Shown here: positions 24,921-35,896 of the stretch, piece after piece
Layout of the letters: each line of letters opens with the position of its first letter
Position numbering within the stretch: the stretch's first letter is position 1
IMG/VR virus record: IMGVR_UViG_3300045988_108148
Direction: 5' to 3' (one strand)
DNA length: 64,000 nt
Origin: a virus
Program-made: the position numbers and the translations under genes
The notes under the pieces: generated by a model
The model's input: only the letters and a program-made list of their open reading frames with translations
Told to the model about the DNA's origin: nothing
Database searches by the model: none

Positions 24921-26984
24921 ATGATTGATTTCACAAAGAAAATCAAAAATTCTAATAAATTCAGAACCTCGGCTCTAGCTTATATAGAGTCGGGGTCTTA
25001 TTGTTCATATCCCAAAGGTACATCAGAGTATTTCAATTTTTGGGAAACAGAGGCCGATAGATGCATTAATGGTTATACTGCAGATGATGGGGACTACATC
25101 ACTGGGTATAACTATTTTTATTTAAACTATTGCCCAATTCAAAGAATTGTATATAAAAATAAAAAGAATAAACAAGGGCAAGAAGAGTTAATCAAAGTAA
25201 GAGAGTTAGCATTTCCTGACTTTTATGATTATGACTATTACTATTTTCAAGCTATTGAAAGTGCACAAGATCAAGGTAAACACTTATGTGTAGCAAAAGC
25301 TAGACGTAAAGGTTACTCGTATAAAGGTGGTTCTATGCTTTGCCGTAATTTCTTTTTAATACCTGGCTCTAAGTCTTATGTATACGCATCAAACAAACAA
25401 TATCTTACAGATGATGGTATTCTTACTAAGGCTTGGGATTACATGGACTTTATAGATGAAAACACTGCATGGGGTAAAAAACGACAAGCTGTAAACACTA
25501 GCATGCGTCGTAGAGCTTCTATGATTGTAACTGATAACTTTGGTAATAAAATTGAAGTTGGTTACAAATCAGAGATAATAGGTGTATCATTGAAAGATAA
25601 CCCAGATGCTGTACGTGGTAAAGCAGGTATGTTAATACTTTGGGAAGAGGCAGGTACTTTCCCAGAACTTAAAGCAGCATGGCAAATTGCTAGACCATCT
25701 GTAGAACAAGATGGCGTTGCTTTTGGTCTCATGATTATGTTCGGTACTGGTGGTGACGAAGGTCCTGCAGTAATGACATTACGTGAAGCATTTTATAACC
25801 CTAAATCGTACAATTGCATAGGTTTTGAAAATATATGGGATGATGGTATCCAGAGTAAGGAATGTGGGTTCTTTATACCACAACATACTAATTTGGATAT
25901 ACGTGATGAGAATGGTAAGCGATTGTATATGGATGAAGATGGTAATACTCTTCATGAAAAAGCAAGACAGTTTATATTAGATTTACGTGAAGAAGAGTTA
26001 AAAGAAGCCACTAGTTCTCAGCAAATTGATAGATATGTAGCAGAACATTCAGAATCTCCAGCTGAAGCATTTACTGAATTATCTGGTAATATATTCCCAA
26101 AAAAGGAATTACAAAAACAATTAGCAAGGATAAGAACCAACACTAAGTTACAAAATCACAAACAAGTAGGTACACTCACTCTGGTTAATGGAGAGATAAT
26201 TTGGAATATACAGAAAACAGGAGACATAACCGAATTCCCATTACCAAAGAATTCTGATCCTACTGGTAAAATAGTTATATGGGAACACCCAGTTAAAGAT
26301 GCACCATTTGGTTTATATATAGCTGGTATTGACCCATATGATCACGATCAATCAGGTACTAATTCATTAGGTTCTTGTTTTATATATAAACGTTTTCAAG
26401 ACTTTGAATCATATTCAGATATCATTGTAGCAGAATATACAGGTAGGCCAAAAACTGCTGAAGAGTTTTATGAAAATGTTCGTAAGTTACTTATTTACTA
26501 TAATGCAAAAGCAATGGTAGAAAACCAAAATACTGGTTTATTTACTTACTTCAATAATAAACATTGTAGTCATTTACTTGCTGATCAACCAGACATTATT
26601 AAAGACATTGTCAATAATTCTACAGTAAATAGACGAAAAGGATGTCATATGAATAGAGAAATCAAACTTTGGGGAGAAGGTAAGATTAAAGAATGGCTAG
26701 AAGAACTTAGGGATCAAAAACAATTAGGTTTAAATACTGTATTGTCTGAACCATTCCTCGAAGAGCTTATTCAATATAATGATAAAGGAAACTTTGATAG
26801 GGTTATGGCATTTATGCAGGTAATGGTCTATAGAGAGCAATTGTATAATATACAAGTAAAAAAGAAAGAGGATGTTGAAAAGAAAATGAGATTGTTTGAT
26901 AAACCGTTGTTTAAAAATACAGATGATTCATTTACATTCATACCTTTAAATAATAACACAACCACATTTATGTTTACTAATTAA
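24921..26984 (+). CDS. terL: terminase large subunit
   Basis: 687 aa. It has an ATPase-like segment CVAKARRKGYSYKGG, the segment MLILWEEAG, and a nuclease-like IAGIDPYDHDQSG. It sits directly upstream of the portal-sized ORF. Confidence 0.8.
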   Translation: MIDFTKKIKNSNKFRTSALAYIESGSYCSYPKGTSEYFNFWETEADRCINGYTADDGDYITGYNYFYLNYCPIQRIVYKNKKNKQGQEELIKVRELAFPDFYDYDYYYFQAIESAQDQGKHLCVAKARRKGYSYKGGSMLCRNFFLIPGSKSYVYASNKQYLTDDGILTKAWDYMDFIDENTAWGKKRQAVNTSMRRRASMIVTDNFGNKIEVGYKSEIIGVSLKDNPDAVRGKAGMLILWEEAGTFPELKAAWQIARPSVEQDGVAFGLMIMFGTGGDEGPAVMTLREAFYNPKSYNCIGFENIWDDGIQSKECGFFIPQHTNLDIRDENGKRLYMDEDGNTLHEKARQFILDLREEELKEATSSQQIDRYVAEHSESPAEAFTELSGNIFPKKELQKQLARIRTNTKLQNHKQVGTLTLVNGEIIWNIQKTGDITEFPLPKNSDPTGKIVIWEHPVKDAPFGLYIAGIDPYDHDQSGTNSLGSCFIYKRFQDFESYSDIIVAEYTGRPKTAEEFYENVRKLLIYYNAKAMVENQNTGLFTYFNNKHCSHLLADQPDIIKDIVNNSTVNRRKGCHMNREIKLWGEGKIKEWLEELRDQKQLGLNTVLSEPFLEELIQYNDKGNFDRVMAFMQVMVYREQLYNIQVKKKEDVEKKMRLFDKPLFKNTDDSFTFIPLNNNTTTFMFTN

Positions 26985-26985
26985 T

Positions 26986-29550
26986 ATGGAAAGAACAGTC
27001 AACTCATTTCCTATCCAAAGACTACCACTCAGTAAAAAAACCGAAGAATGGCGAAAAGACTGCGTGGATTATATTATTGGAATATCTGGCATAGCTTCAT
27101 CTGAAAGTATACCTGATGAAGAAGAAATGCAAAGCTATTATGATTTATATAATAGCATTTATAATGAAAAAGATCTAAAGTATGTTACAAATCCTTTCAA
27201 TCAAGATGATGGTTTTCCAGCAATGGCACAGGATTATAATATCATACGACCAAAAGTAGACCTATTATTGGGTGAAGAAACAAAGCGTCCATTTAACTTT
27301 AGAGTGTGTCGTACTAGTGATATTGCTAGTAGTGAAGTTCAGGATAAAGCTAAACAGATGTTATTAAATTATATGCAAGCTGCTATGCTTGCTAAATTAA
27401 GTCCAGAGGATCAAGCTAGATTTCAAGAAGGATTACAGACTGGAGAAATTCAAACACCAGAGCAAATACAGAAGTATTTAACAAAGGATTATAAAGATGC
27501 AGCAGAAACAACAGCATATCAAAGCTTATTATTCTTACTTAAGAAAGAAAACATTTCTCATGAATTTATGAAAGGCTTTAAAGATGCACTTGTTGCAGGA
27601 CTTGAAGAGTATTACATAGGAATTAGAAATGGTGAACCAGTTATTAAAAGAATCAATCCTAAAGATTTTAAGTATCCTGCAGAAGAAGGTATTGAATTCA
27701 TTCACGATGCATCTTGGTGTTGTTACAGATCATTAATGTCGTGGAGCCAGATATACGATCAGTTTTATGATAAACTAGATGAAAAGCAATTGAACGAATT
27801 GTTAGAAATAGTAGATCAAAAACCTACATCTGGATTTGGTCCAGACAAAAGTCCAGTAGATGATTTTGTTCATTATAATTTAAAATCATATAATAAATTA
27901 CCAGACCATAATCCTTATGGAGATCCAGATAACATTGTAGTTTATCATGTATGCTGGAAATCACTTAAAAAGATAGGGTTTGTTACAATAATAGATCCTG
28001 AGACAGGTATGCCAGATGAAATACAGGTAGATGAATATTATAAACCTACTGGTGAAGAAATCAATGTTGAATGGAAATGGATTATTGAAGCATGGGAAGG
28101 ATACAGAGCAGGTGATGATCTTTACTTTGGTATGCAACCATTAGAGTACCAATTCCGTAGAGGAGACAATTTAAATAGTGCTAAATTACCATACACTGGT
28201 GCAGCTTATAGTAATACAAATACTAAAGCCAAGTCATTAGTTGCTATTATGAAACCACTACAATACATGTATATCATACTCTGGTATCGTCTTGAAATGG
28301 CAATAGCTAGGGATAAAGGTAAGATACCTGTAATAGATGTTACCCAAATACCTAAGAGTATGGGTATAGATGTAGATAAGTGGATGCATTACTTAGGGGC
28401 ACTTGGCGTAGCATTTGTCAATCCATACGAAGAAGGTTGGGACATTCCTGGTAGAGAGGGTGGTAAACCATCACCATACAATCAGTGGACTTCTATTGAT
28501 GCAAGTATGTCTAATACTATTAATACGTACATTCAATTACTTGCAAAGATTGAAGAAATGGTATCTGAATTGTCCGGAGTAACAAAACAAAGGCAAGGTT
28601 CTATTTCTAGTAATGAGTTAGTGGGTAATGTAGAAAGATCTGTAGTTCAATCTGCTCATATCACTGAACCGTGGTTTTGGTTGCATAATCAGGTTAAGAC
28701 ACATGTGTTGTCTATGCTATTAGACAGTGCTAAGTTTGCATGGAAGGATGATAAAAAGTATTTAAATTATATATTTGATGAGGGTACTAGAACATTCTTG
28801 CAAATGGATGACAATTGGTCATATGAAGACTTTGATATTTTTGTAACTGACAGTACAAAAGAAAGTCAAGCCATTGAACAACTTAAGAGTCTTGTACAGC
28901 CAGCTATGCAAAATGGTGCATCATTATTAGATGCTGCTGAAATATTTACTAGCGACAATTTAAGTGTAATCAAATCCAAATTACAAGACATAGAAAACAA
29001 CAGATTGGAGCAACAACAAGCAATGCAAGAACAAGAAAATCAACAACAGCAACAGCTTGTTGAAATGCAAAATCAAGTTAAGGAAGAAGAGCTGATGCTT
29101 AAAGAAGCTGAACTTGATCTTAATAAATATAAAATTGATCAAGATAATGCTACTAAGATTACTGTGGCTCAGTTGAATGCTTATAGAGGATCTGAGAATA
29201 TGGATCAAGATATGAATGGTATACCAGATGTAATTGAGATTGGTAATCAAGAAATAGCTAGACAAAAAGCTGTATCTGATGCTATGAGCAAACAAATGGA
29301 TTTAGCAAACAAAGCCAGAGCTGAAGAAAATAAGAAAGAACTTGAAAAGCGTAAAATTGCTGCACAAGAAAAAGCTGACAAATTAAAGGCCACCATCGAG
29401 AAAGAGAAAATAGCTCTTGAGAATAGAAAATTACAAGAAGCTAAAAGATTGCAGAAGATGAAAGATGATGCAGCTTATAAGAGAGAACAATTAAAAGCAA
29501 AGACTGCTTTAAAAAATAAAGTAGTTGGTGAATCTAAATCTAAAAAATAG
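26986..29550 (+). CDS. portal protein (by size and position), with a Gln/Lys/Glu-rich coiled-coil C-terminus
   Basis: 854 aa. Starts 1 nt after the terL stop. No motif-level proof. Confidence 0.65.
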   Translation: MERTVNSFPIQRLPLSKKTEEWRKDCVDYIIGISGIASSESIPDEEEMQSYYDLYNSIYNEKDLKYVTNPFNQDDGFPAMAQDYNIIRPKVDLLLGEETKRPFNFRVCRTSDIASSEVQDKAKQMLLNYMQAAMLAKLSPEDQARFQEGLQTGEIQTPEQIQKYLTKDYKDAAETTAYQSLLFLLKKENISHEFMKGFKDALVAGLEEYYIGIRNGEPVIKRINPKDFKYPAEEGIEFIHDASWCCYRSLMSWSQIYDQFYDKLDEKQLNELLEIVDQKPTSGFGPDKSPVDDFVHYNLKSYNKLPDHNPYGDPDNIVVYHVCWKSLKKIGFVTIIDPETGMPDEIQVDEYYKPTGEEINVEWKWIIEAWEGYRAGDDLYFGMQPLEYQFRRGDNLNSAKLPYTGAAYSNTNTKAKSLVAIMKPLQYMYIILWYRLEMAIARDKGKIPVIDVTQIPKSMGIDVDKWMHYLGALGVAFVNPYEEGWDIPGREGGKPSPYNQWTSIDASMSNTINTYIQLLAKIEEMVSELSGVTKQRQGSISSNELVGNVERSVVQSAHITEPWFWLHNQVKTHVLSMLLDSAKFAWKDDKKYLNYIFDEGTRTFLQMDDNWSYEDFDIFVTDSTKESQAIEQLKSLVQPAMQNGASLLDAAEIFTSDNLSVIKSKLQDIENNRLEQQQAMQEQENQQQQQLVEMQNQVKEEELMLKEAELDLNKYKIDQDNATKITVAQLNAYRGSENMDQDMNGIPDVIEIGNQEIARQKAVSDAMSKQMDLANKARAEENKKELEKRKIAAQEKADKLKATIEKEKIALENRKLQEAKRLQKMKDDAAYKREQLKAKTALKNKVVGESKSKK

Positions 29551-29635
29551 GAGGACTAATTATGGCATGTAAAGGAGGCTCTAAAAAGGGCGGAAAAGGT
29601 AAACCAGGTAAGACAGGTAAGTAAATATTACTAGT

Positions 29636-30931
29636 ATGAAATGGAAAGATTTATCTCTTAAAGAGAGAAAACAAATATACGATAGTGTCAGGGTGAATAA
29701 CCCTGATGCTACGTATCTTGATATCAAGCAACAATTTGATTCCATTCCTGCGTATGAAGATGGTAAGGGTAAAACTATAAACAAAGCAGATTTACCACCA
29801 GAATATAGAACCGGTACTCCTGAATACTTTGAAAGACAAAGGAAAATATCAGGTGCAGTTAATACAGTTCAACCAGAAGCTTACATTACTCCAGCTGGAT
29901 ACATTAAAGATGCAGTTAATTTCATTGAAGATTTAGGTAAGGGAGATTATGCTGGTGCAGCTATGGATGCAGTATTGAACTTGATTCCTTGGGGAGTTGG
30001 AAAAGGTATCAAAAAACTAAAATCCAAAGTAGGAAGAATTATAGAAGGTACTGAAATTGATGGAGCTAGTGTTCACAGTTTTGCTCCTACTCAAACCAAA
30101 AAGAAAACTAAAAAGAAAACGGAAGAAGATTATGATTCTGAATTTTCTGAAGTATTAAGAAAGGATAGAAATTCTAAGAAGTACCAACAAGAAATTTCTA
30201 GGACAATAGAACAAGCAATTTTTCCAGATGAAAGAACTCGTGAATTAGTAGAAAATGTAGACAAAACATATGGAACTAACTACAAACGAGCTTATTCTAA
30301 TATTGCATATAAAGACATGACTAAAAGAGGTAGTTATGTCAAATGGGGTAATACGGACAAAGACGGTTATGGGCAAATAAATATAAAAAATATTAAAGAT
30401 AACGTATTACCTACAGATATAAATGATTATAATATAGTATTAGATAATAATATTTATATGCCTGGAACTGCTAATCATGAGTTAGGACATGTGGCAGATG
30501 GTTTAGCAGGATCTAGAAAGATTCAGGATTTTGATAGTGGTAAAGAATATATTACAAACACTTATCTAAATTATTTAGCAAATTCTAACAATACATATAG
30601 TTCTGCGGAGTTAAGAAAAATGGGATTATTTGATGCTGCTGGAAGTAGATCATACTTATTAAATCCTACAGAAGCTAAAAGTCATATGTTAACTCTAAAG
30701 AGATCATTAAAAGATTCTGGTAAAATTACAAACTGGAGTACTCCTGTAGACGAAAAGATGATTTTGGAATATATGAGAAATCCAACATCAAATAAAATGG
30801 TTAAGAATCAATATGATTTGTATAGAAATAAAAACGAGTATATTGATAGACTAAATAAATTAATTCCTATGGAAATTTTAATGCCATTAGGTGGTGCTGG
30901 ATTTATAGGTAATGAACTAAATAAAGAATAA
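29636..30931 (+). CDS. head-module protein with an HExxH zinc-metallopeptidase motif
   Basis: 431 aa, with GTANHELGHVADG. It occupies the post-portal position typical of minor head or morphogenesis proteins. Confidence 0.65.
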   Translation: MKWKDLSLKERKQIYDSVRVNNPDATYLDIKQQFDSIPAYEDGKGKTINKADLPPEYRTGTPEYFERQRKISGAVNTVQPEAYITPAGYIKDAVNFIEDLGKGDYAGAAMDAVLNLIPWGVGKGIKKLKSKVGRIIEGTEIDGASVHSFAPTQTKKKTKKKTEEDYDSEFSEVLRKDRNSKKYQQEISRTIEQAIFPDERTRELVENVDKTYGTNYKRAYSNIAYKDMTKRGSYVKWGNTDKDGYGQINIKNIKDNVLPTDINDYNIVLDNNIYMPGTANHELGHVADGLAGSRKIQDFDSGKEYITNTYLNYLANSNNTYSSAELRKMGLFDAAGSRSYLLNPTEAKSHMLTLKRSLKDSGKITNWSTPVDEKMILEYMRNPTSNKMVKNQYDLYRNKNEYIDRLNKLIPMEILMPLGGAGFIGNELNKE

Positions 30932-30936
30932 TCAAT

Positions 30937-31155
30937 ATGGAAAATTTATACCCAGTATACCCAATTCCCTCTTATAAAGATGGAGGTATACACATCAAGA
31001 AAAAGAATCGTGGTAAGTTTACGGCAGCGGCTAAAAGAGCAGGAATGGGTGTTCAAGCGTATGCCAAAAAAGTATTAAAAGATCCAAATGCAAGCCCAAC
31101 TTTAAAGAAGAGGGCAAATTTTGCTAGAAATTTTGGAGGTAGAAAAAGAAAATGA
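30937..31155 (+). CDS. small basic protein
   Basis: ORF track, 72 aa, ending KKRANFARNFGGRKRK. Confidence 0.6.
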   Translation: MENLYPVYPIPSYKDGGIHIKKKNRGKFTAAAKRAGMGVQAYAKKVLKDPNASPTLKKRANFARNFGGRKRK

Positions 31156-31700
31156 CAAACAGATTGAGAACTAAGTTTATACAATATGATACACACGGTA
31201 ATCTGTATTGTTATAAATGTAAAAAATACAAGTCAGAAACAGAATTTGACGCAAACAATGATAAGTGCAATTGGTTTAGAAACTTTAAAGATAAAAGATG
31301 TAAAGAATGTAAAAAATTACAATATCTAAAAAGAAAACAAACAAACCGAGGTAAAAAGGATTTAGATAGACTTTTATTAGAAAGATGGCATGGTATAATG
31401 GAACGAGCCAAGCGAAAGAATTGGTATTGTGATATTACTTTAAACGATCTAAAAGAATTGTGGAATAAACAAAATGGTTTATGTGCTATCTCTAATATAC
31501 CCATGACTTATACATTCAATAGTGGAAGAATTCCTACAAATGTAAGTGTAGATAGAATAGACTCCAATAAAAGCTATACTAAAAATAATATACAACTAGT
31601 ATGTATGGCGGTGAATCAAATGAAATCAGATTTAGATATGATTACATTTTATCGATTCTGCGAAGCAATATTATTGAATGCTAAAAAATTTAAACATTAA
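31152..31700 (+). CDS. HNH-family homing endonuclease
   Basis: 182 aa, with CYKCKKY...CKECKKL fingers and VDRIDSNKSYTKNNIQLVCMAVNQMKS. It is a paralogue of the ORF at 9538. Confidence 0.75.
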   Translation: MTNRLRTKFIQYDTHGNLYCYKCKKYKSETEFDANNDKCNWFRNFKDKRCKECKKLQYLKRKQTNRGKKDLDRLLLERWHGIMERAKRKNWYCDITLNDLKELWNKQNGLCAISNIPMTYTFNSGRIPTNVSVDRIDSNKSYTKNNIQLVCMAVNQMKSDLDMITFYRFCEAILLNAKKFKH

Positions 31701-31726
31701 CAATTACAATCTAATTATAATTAATT

Positions 31727-32917
31727 ATGGAAAACAATAGTAACGATACACTATTTGGATTTACAGCTATAACTGATATGTTTACTGAACAAGTTGGTAA
31801 CACCATCTCTCAAGATGATGATATTGATGATGAAGAGTTAGAGAGACTGAAACAAGAGTCTGTTAAAGCTAGACCTGCTACTCCTGGATCTAAGAACAAG
31901 AAGACAGAAGAAGAGGAAGAAGTAGAGGAAGAGGAAACTGAAGACATCGAAGAGGAAGAAGTAGAAGAGCCTAAGAAATCTAAAAAAGCTTCTAAGAAAA
32001 AGGATAAAGAAGAGATTGAAGAAGAGGAGACTGAAGAAGAGATTGAAAAAGAATCTGAGGAGGAAACTGAAGAAGATGAGGTTGAATCTAAACAAGTATC
32101 TGCTTTATTTGATGCGATTGCTGAAGAATTAGAATGGGATTTTGATGAAGAAGAGGAAGAAGAAAAACCAAAGACTGTGGAAGAATTGGTTAAGTATTTT
32201 AAAGAAGTAATCGAAGAACAATCTACTCCAGAATATGCAAGCGAAGATGTTGCAAAATTAGATGAATTTGTTCGTAATGGTGGTAAGTTAGAAGATTATT
32301 TCTCTATTACTCCGGACATTGATGTTGACAATGTTGATATTGAAAATGAAAATGAGCAAAAGATAGTATTGAGAGAGTTACTAGCTAGAAAAGGTTACAG
32401 TGACAAACAAATTGCTAAGAAAATCGAAAGATTTGAAGATGCTGGAGTATTAGAGGATGAGGCAAAAGACGCAGTTGAGGAACTTCAAGAGATTGTTGCA
32501 AAAGAGAAAGAAGAGCTATTAGAGCAACAAAGAATCAAAAAGGAGGAAATGGTACAGCGCCAACAAAAGTTTTTTGACGACGTTGTCGGTGAAATAAAGT
32601 CCTTGGACAATATACGTGGTATTAAGATACCAGCTAAGGACAAGAAAGAATTATTGGCTTATATATTTAAAGCCGACGCTAGTGGAAAAACTCAGTACCA
32701 AAAAGACTATTCCAAGAGCGTAAAGAATTTAATAGAGTCAGCTTATTTTACAATGCGAGGTGACACTTTGTTAGATGCTGCCAAAAAACAGGGTACTAGC
32801 TCTGCTATTAAAAATCTGAAAAATAGTCTCAGATCAACAGGCGTTAGTAAAGGTACTAAGAGAATTAATACAAGTTCATCTAACTCTATTTTTAGTCGTG
32901 CAGTACAACTACTTTAA
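31727..32917 (+). CDS. acidic scaffold-like protein
   Basis: 396 aa with a long Glu-rich low-complexity block. Lies immediately upstream of the capsid candidate. Confidence 0.55.
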   Translation: MENNSNDTLFGFTAITDMFTEQVGNTISQDDDIDDEELERLKQESVKARPATPGSKNKKTEEEEEVEEEETEDIEEEEVEEPKKSKKASKKKDKEEIEEEETEEEIEKESEEETEEDEVESKQVSALFDAIAEELEWDFDEEEEEEKPKTVEELVKYFKEVIEEQSTPEYASEDVAKLDEFVRNGGKLEDYFSITPDIDVDNVDIENENEQKIVLRELLARKGYSDKQIAKKIERFEDAGVLEDEAKDAVEELQEIVAKEKEELLEQQRIKKEEMVQRQQKFFDDVVGEIKSLDNIRGIKIPAKDKKELLAYIFKADASGKTQYQKDYSKSVKNLIESAYFTMRGDTLLDAAKKQGTSSAIKNLKNSLRSTGVSKGTKRINTSSSNSIFSRAVQLL

Positions 32918-32942
32918 TTAAAAATAAATTACTAACATTTAT

Positions 32943-34430
32943 ATGGATAACGGAATTTTAAATAATTTACAGATCGGTAGAGGTAAATGGTTCTCAGATC
33001 TTGTTGATGAGAATATGATTTCAAATGCAATGCTTACTAGACCGTATGAAGTAACCCGTGTTATTTCTTATGTATTCGGTTCTAAAGATGATGGTTATAG
33101 CACTTCTTTGGATGCGATTACTGGTGGTCTTGGCAATGTAATGACAATTGACCAAAGAGACTACGAATGGTCTGTAATGATTGATAGCGATAGAGCTGTG
33201 ACAATTCGCTCTGCAAAATGGCAGGGAACAGAAATCACTGCTGCAAATACTAGCACAGTTATGGCAGGTTTGGGTAACACACCTATCATGTTGTGGTTAG
33301 AGGACAAATGGTTTGGTCCTGGTGCAATTTTGGAATTTGATAATAGAGAGTATCAAGTACGTGTTTCTGGTGCTCCTTATCAAGATGGTAATGAATGGGT
33401 TTATACTTGTTTCATTGCAGATGGTCAATCTAACTCTTATATTCCTGGTGAATATTTGTTAGCCGGTCGTCAAGTATCTCGTTTAGCTTCTGCTTACGAA
33501 GAGTACAGTGAAGAGGGTGATATCCTGAATTATAATACTCATTTCAAGATGAGAAACTTCTTGTTTACGACTCGCTTGGATTATGATATTACAGGTACAG
33601 CTTATTCTACAGTACTTTGGATTGCTTTGAAAGATCCTAAAACTGGTAAGACTTCTTACTTGTGGTCTGACTATCAGGAATGGAAGGCAATGCGTGAGTG
33701 GTCTAAGAGATGTGAGAGAATGATGGTTTACTCTAAGTCTAATGTAAATAAAGATGGTTCTACTTCATTGTTAGGTACAAATGGCCGTCCGGTTTACATT
33801 CCTGCAGGTTTGTTGCAACAGATCGCTCCGTCTAACAGACGTTACTATACTGAATTGACTCCGGAATTGTTGGAAGACTTCTTGTTTGACTTGTCTTACA
33901 ATATCTTAGGTACTAACGAACGTAAGTTTGTTGCTTTGACTGGTGAAATGGGTATGAGAGAATTTGACCGTGTATTGAAACAAAAAGCAGCTACAATGAA
34001 CTTGATTGATACGAAGTTTATCAGTGGTTCTGGTCAGGCTTTGGTTTTAGGTGGTCAGTTTGTAACATACAAGATGACAAATGGCATCGAGTTGACATTG
34101 AAACATTTCCCGTTGTATGATGATACTACTTATAATCGTTTATTACATCCGGTATCTGGTAAACCACTGGAATCTTATAGAATGACATTCTTGGATCTTG
34201 GTAGACGTGATGGTCAAGCTAATATCGTTAAGGTTGTTCGTAAGGACCGTGAGATGGTTATCTGGAATACTTCAGGTTCTGTAGCTCCGGGAACTGGTTA
34301 CTCTAAGAATAAATCCACAGTAAGATCTAATGCAAAGGACGGTTACTCTGTTCACTTCTTAGGTGAGATGGGTATTATGCTTCGTGACCCCAGGGCATGT
34401 GGAGAGCTGCTGATGGAGGTCGAAGATTAG
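32943..34430 (+). CDS. major capsid protein candidate
   Basis: 495 aa. The call rests on its position after the scaffold-like gene. No database comparison was possible. Confidence 0.6.
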   Translation: MDNGILNNLQIGRGKWFSDLVDENMISNAMLTRPYEVTRVISYVFGSKDDGYSTSLDAITGGLGNVMTIDQRDYEWSVMIDSDRAVTIRSAKWQGTEITAANTSTVMAGLGNTPIMLWLEDKWFGPGAILEFDNREYQVRVSGAPYQDGNEWVYTCFIADGQSNSYIPGEYLLAGRQVSRLASAYEEYSEEGDILNYNTHFKMRNFLFTTRLDYDITGTAYSTVLWIALKDPKTGKTSYLWSDYQEWKAMREWSKRCERMMVYSKSNVNKDGSTSLLGTNGRPVYIPAGLLQQIAPSNRRYYTELTPELLEDFLFDLSYNILGTNERKFVALTGEMGMREFDRVLKQKAATMNLIDTKFISGSGQALVLGGQFVTYKMTNGIELTLKHFPLYDDTTYNRLLHPVSGKPLESYRMTFLDLGRRDGQANIVKVVRKDREMVIWNTSGSVAPGTGYSKNKSTVRSNAKDGYSVHFLGEMGIMLRDPRACGELLMEVED

Positions 34431-34496
34431 TTCAAAATAATTGGAACTTATTATGGAAGTTGACGTTTATAATAGTGAGTTTAAAAATTTACTATT

Positions 34497-35123
34497 ATGC
34501 GAACATACGAAGTATATAAGATAACCAACAAAGTAACTAATAAAATTTATATAGGAATAACAAATCAGGGCTCCGGTGCTAGATACAGACATCATTGGTA
34601 TGAAGCTCGCATCGGAGAACCTGCTCCTATTCATAAATCCATGGCAAAATATGGAGAAGATAATTTCACATTAGAAGTCATTGACTTTGCAGAAAATGCC
34701 GAGGAGTTAAAAGAAAAAGAAAAATATTACATAAAATTCTTTAACAGCAAAGATAGAAAAATAGGTTATAATTTAACTGACGGAGGTGATGGAACTTTTG
34801 GTAGAAGACATTCTGATGAAACTAAAGAAAAAATGAGACAAAAAGCTTTAGGTAGAAAAGTTTCTGAGGAAGCAAAGAAAAGAATGTCAGAAACACACAA
34901 ATTAAATTATTCTGATGAACACAGAAAAGCGGTTGCTGAAAGTAATGCCAGACGTACAAAGAAAGTATTAATGTTTGATAAAGATTTGAATGTAATTAAA
35001 GAATTTAACAGTTTAAAAGAAGCTGCAGCAGAAACTAAAATTCATTCTACAACTATTAGAAAATCCATAAGAGGAAATAAAATAAGTTATGATTATGTCT
35101 TTAGATTCAAAGATGCAGTATAA
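34497..35123 (+). CDS. GIY-YIG homing endonuclease with NUMOD3-like repeats
   Basis: 208 aa, with VYKITNKVTNKIYIGITN, RYRHHW, EKEKYYI and GYNLTDGGDG. These are followed by GRRHSDETKEKMRQKALGRKVSEEAKKRMSETHK. Confidence 0.85.
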   Translation: MRTYEVYKITNKVTNKIYIGITNQGSGARYRHHWYEARIGEPAPIHKSMAKYGEDNFTLEVIDFAENAEELKEKEKYYIKFFNSKDRKIGYNLTDGGDGTFGRRHSDETKEKMRQKALGRKVSEEAKKRMSETHKLNYSDEHRKAVAESNARRTKKVLMFDKDLNVIKEFNSLKEAAAETKIHSTTIRKSIRGNKISYDYVFRFKDAV

Positions 35124-35135
35124 CAACAAAATACT

Positions 35136-35888
35136 ATGGATATTATATTAAAATTCGCCCGTACAAATCCATGGGCTGGAATAGCTAAGTATAAGAATTG
35201 TAAAGATTATATCAGTACTTACTGGACAAGATCTGGTAATAGATATACTGGTTTAACCCCAGAAGATGCTAGACGTTTGGAGAAAGAAATGGGATATGAA
35301 GAAGGACATTTATCTCCACAAAGTGGATTCTGGAAAACATATGCAATTGGTTTAGGCGCAAGAGATAAAGTTTTACATACTGAAAGACCTGAAGATGAAC
35401 TTGCATATTTATTTTTAAAAGGACACAAAAGAGTAGCGAATGGAATCAATAATCTTAAGCCTACTCATGATTATGTTCTTGTAAATAAAGAAATTGAGGC
35501 TGAAGAAGCTAACAAAAGAAATAAAGCTAAACGTGAGGCATTCTCTGAATTTAATAAGATGTCAATTGAGGAAATGCGCAAATGTTTACGCTTATATGGT
35601 CACAAGACTGATAATATCAGTAATGAGCTAGTTGAAAGTAGTTTATTTGATCTCATTGAAAACAATCCTGATAAGTTCTTCTTGATTTGGGTAAACAACA
35701 AAGTAAGAGATACTCAATACATTATTGAAGCAGCTATTTCAAAGAATGTAATTCGTAAATCTAAAAATATCTATTACTATGGTACTGATATCATTGGTAG
35801 AAGTTTAGAAGATGCTATTGCTTCATTAAATGATAAAAAGAATCAGGATATCAAAATGACTATACTTCAAGAAATCGAATCTAAGTAA
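35136..35888 (+). CDS. hypothetical head-module protein
   Basis: ORF track, 250 aa. Confidence 0.7.
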   Translation: MDIILKFARTNPWAGIAKYKNCKDYISTYWTRSGNRYTGLTPEDARRLEKEMGYEEGHLSPQSGFWKTYAIGLGARDKVLHTERPEDELAYLFLKGHKRVANGINNLKPTHDYVLVNKEIEAEEANKRNKAKREAFSEFNKMSIEEMRKCLRLYGHKTDNISNELVESSLFDLIENNPDKFFLIWVNNKVRDTQYIIEAAISKNVIRKSKNIYYYGTDIIGRSLEDAIASLNDKKNQDIKMTILQEIESK

Positions 35889-35896
35889 AAGTAAAC

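Noticed and set aside
29562-29624. A 20-aa Lys/Gly-rich ORF (MACKGGSKKGGKGKPGKTGK) preceded by AGGAGG, between the portal and the next gene.
   Set aside because: It is too short to support without conservation or ribosome data. Shine-Dalgarno-like motifs are otherwise rare in this genome.
34384-34427. The A-poor capsid 3' end as a second DGR variable repeat.
   Set aside because: It shows no similarity to the template repeat at 49145-49239.
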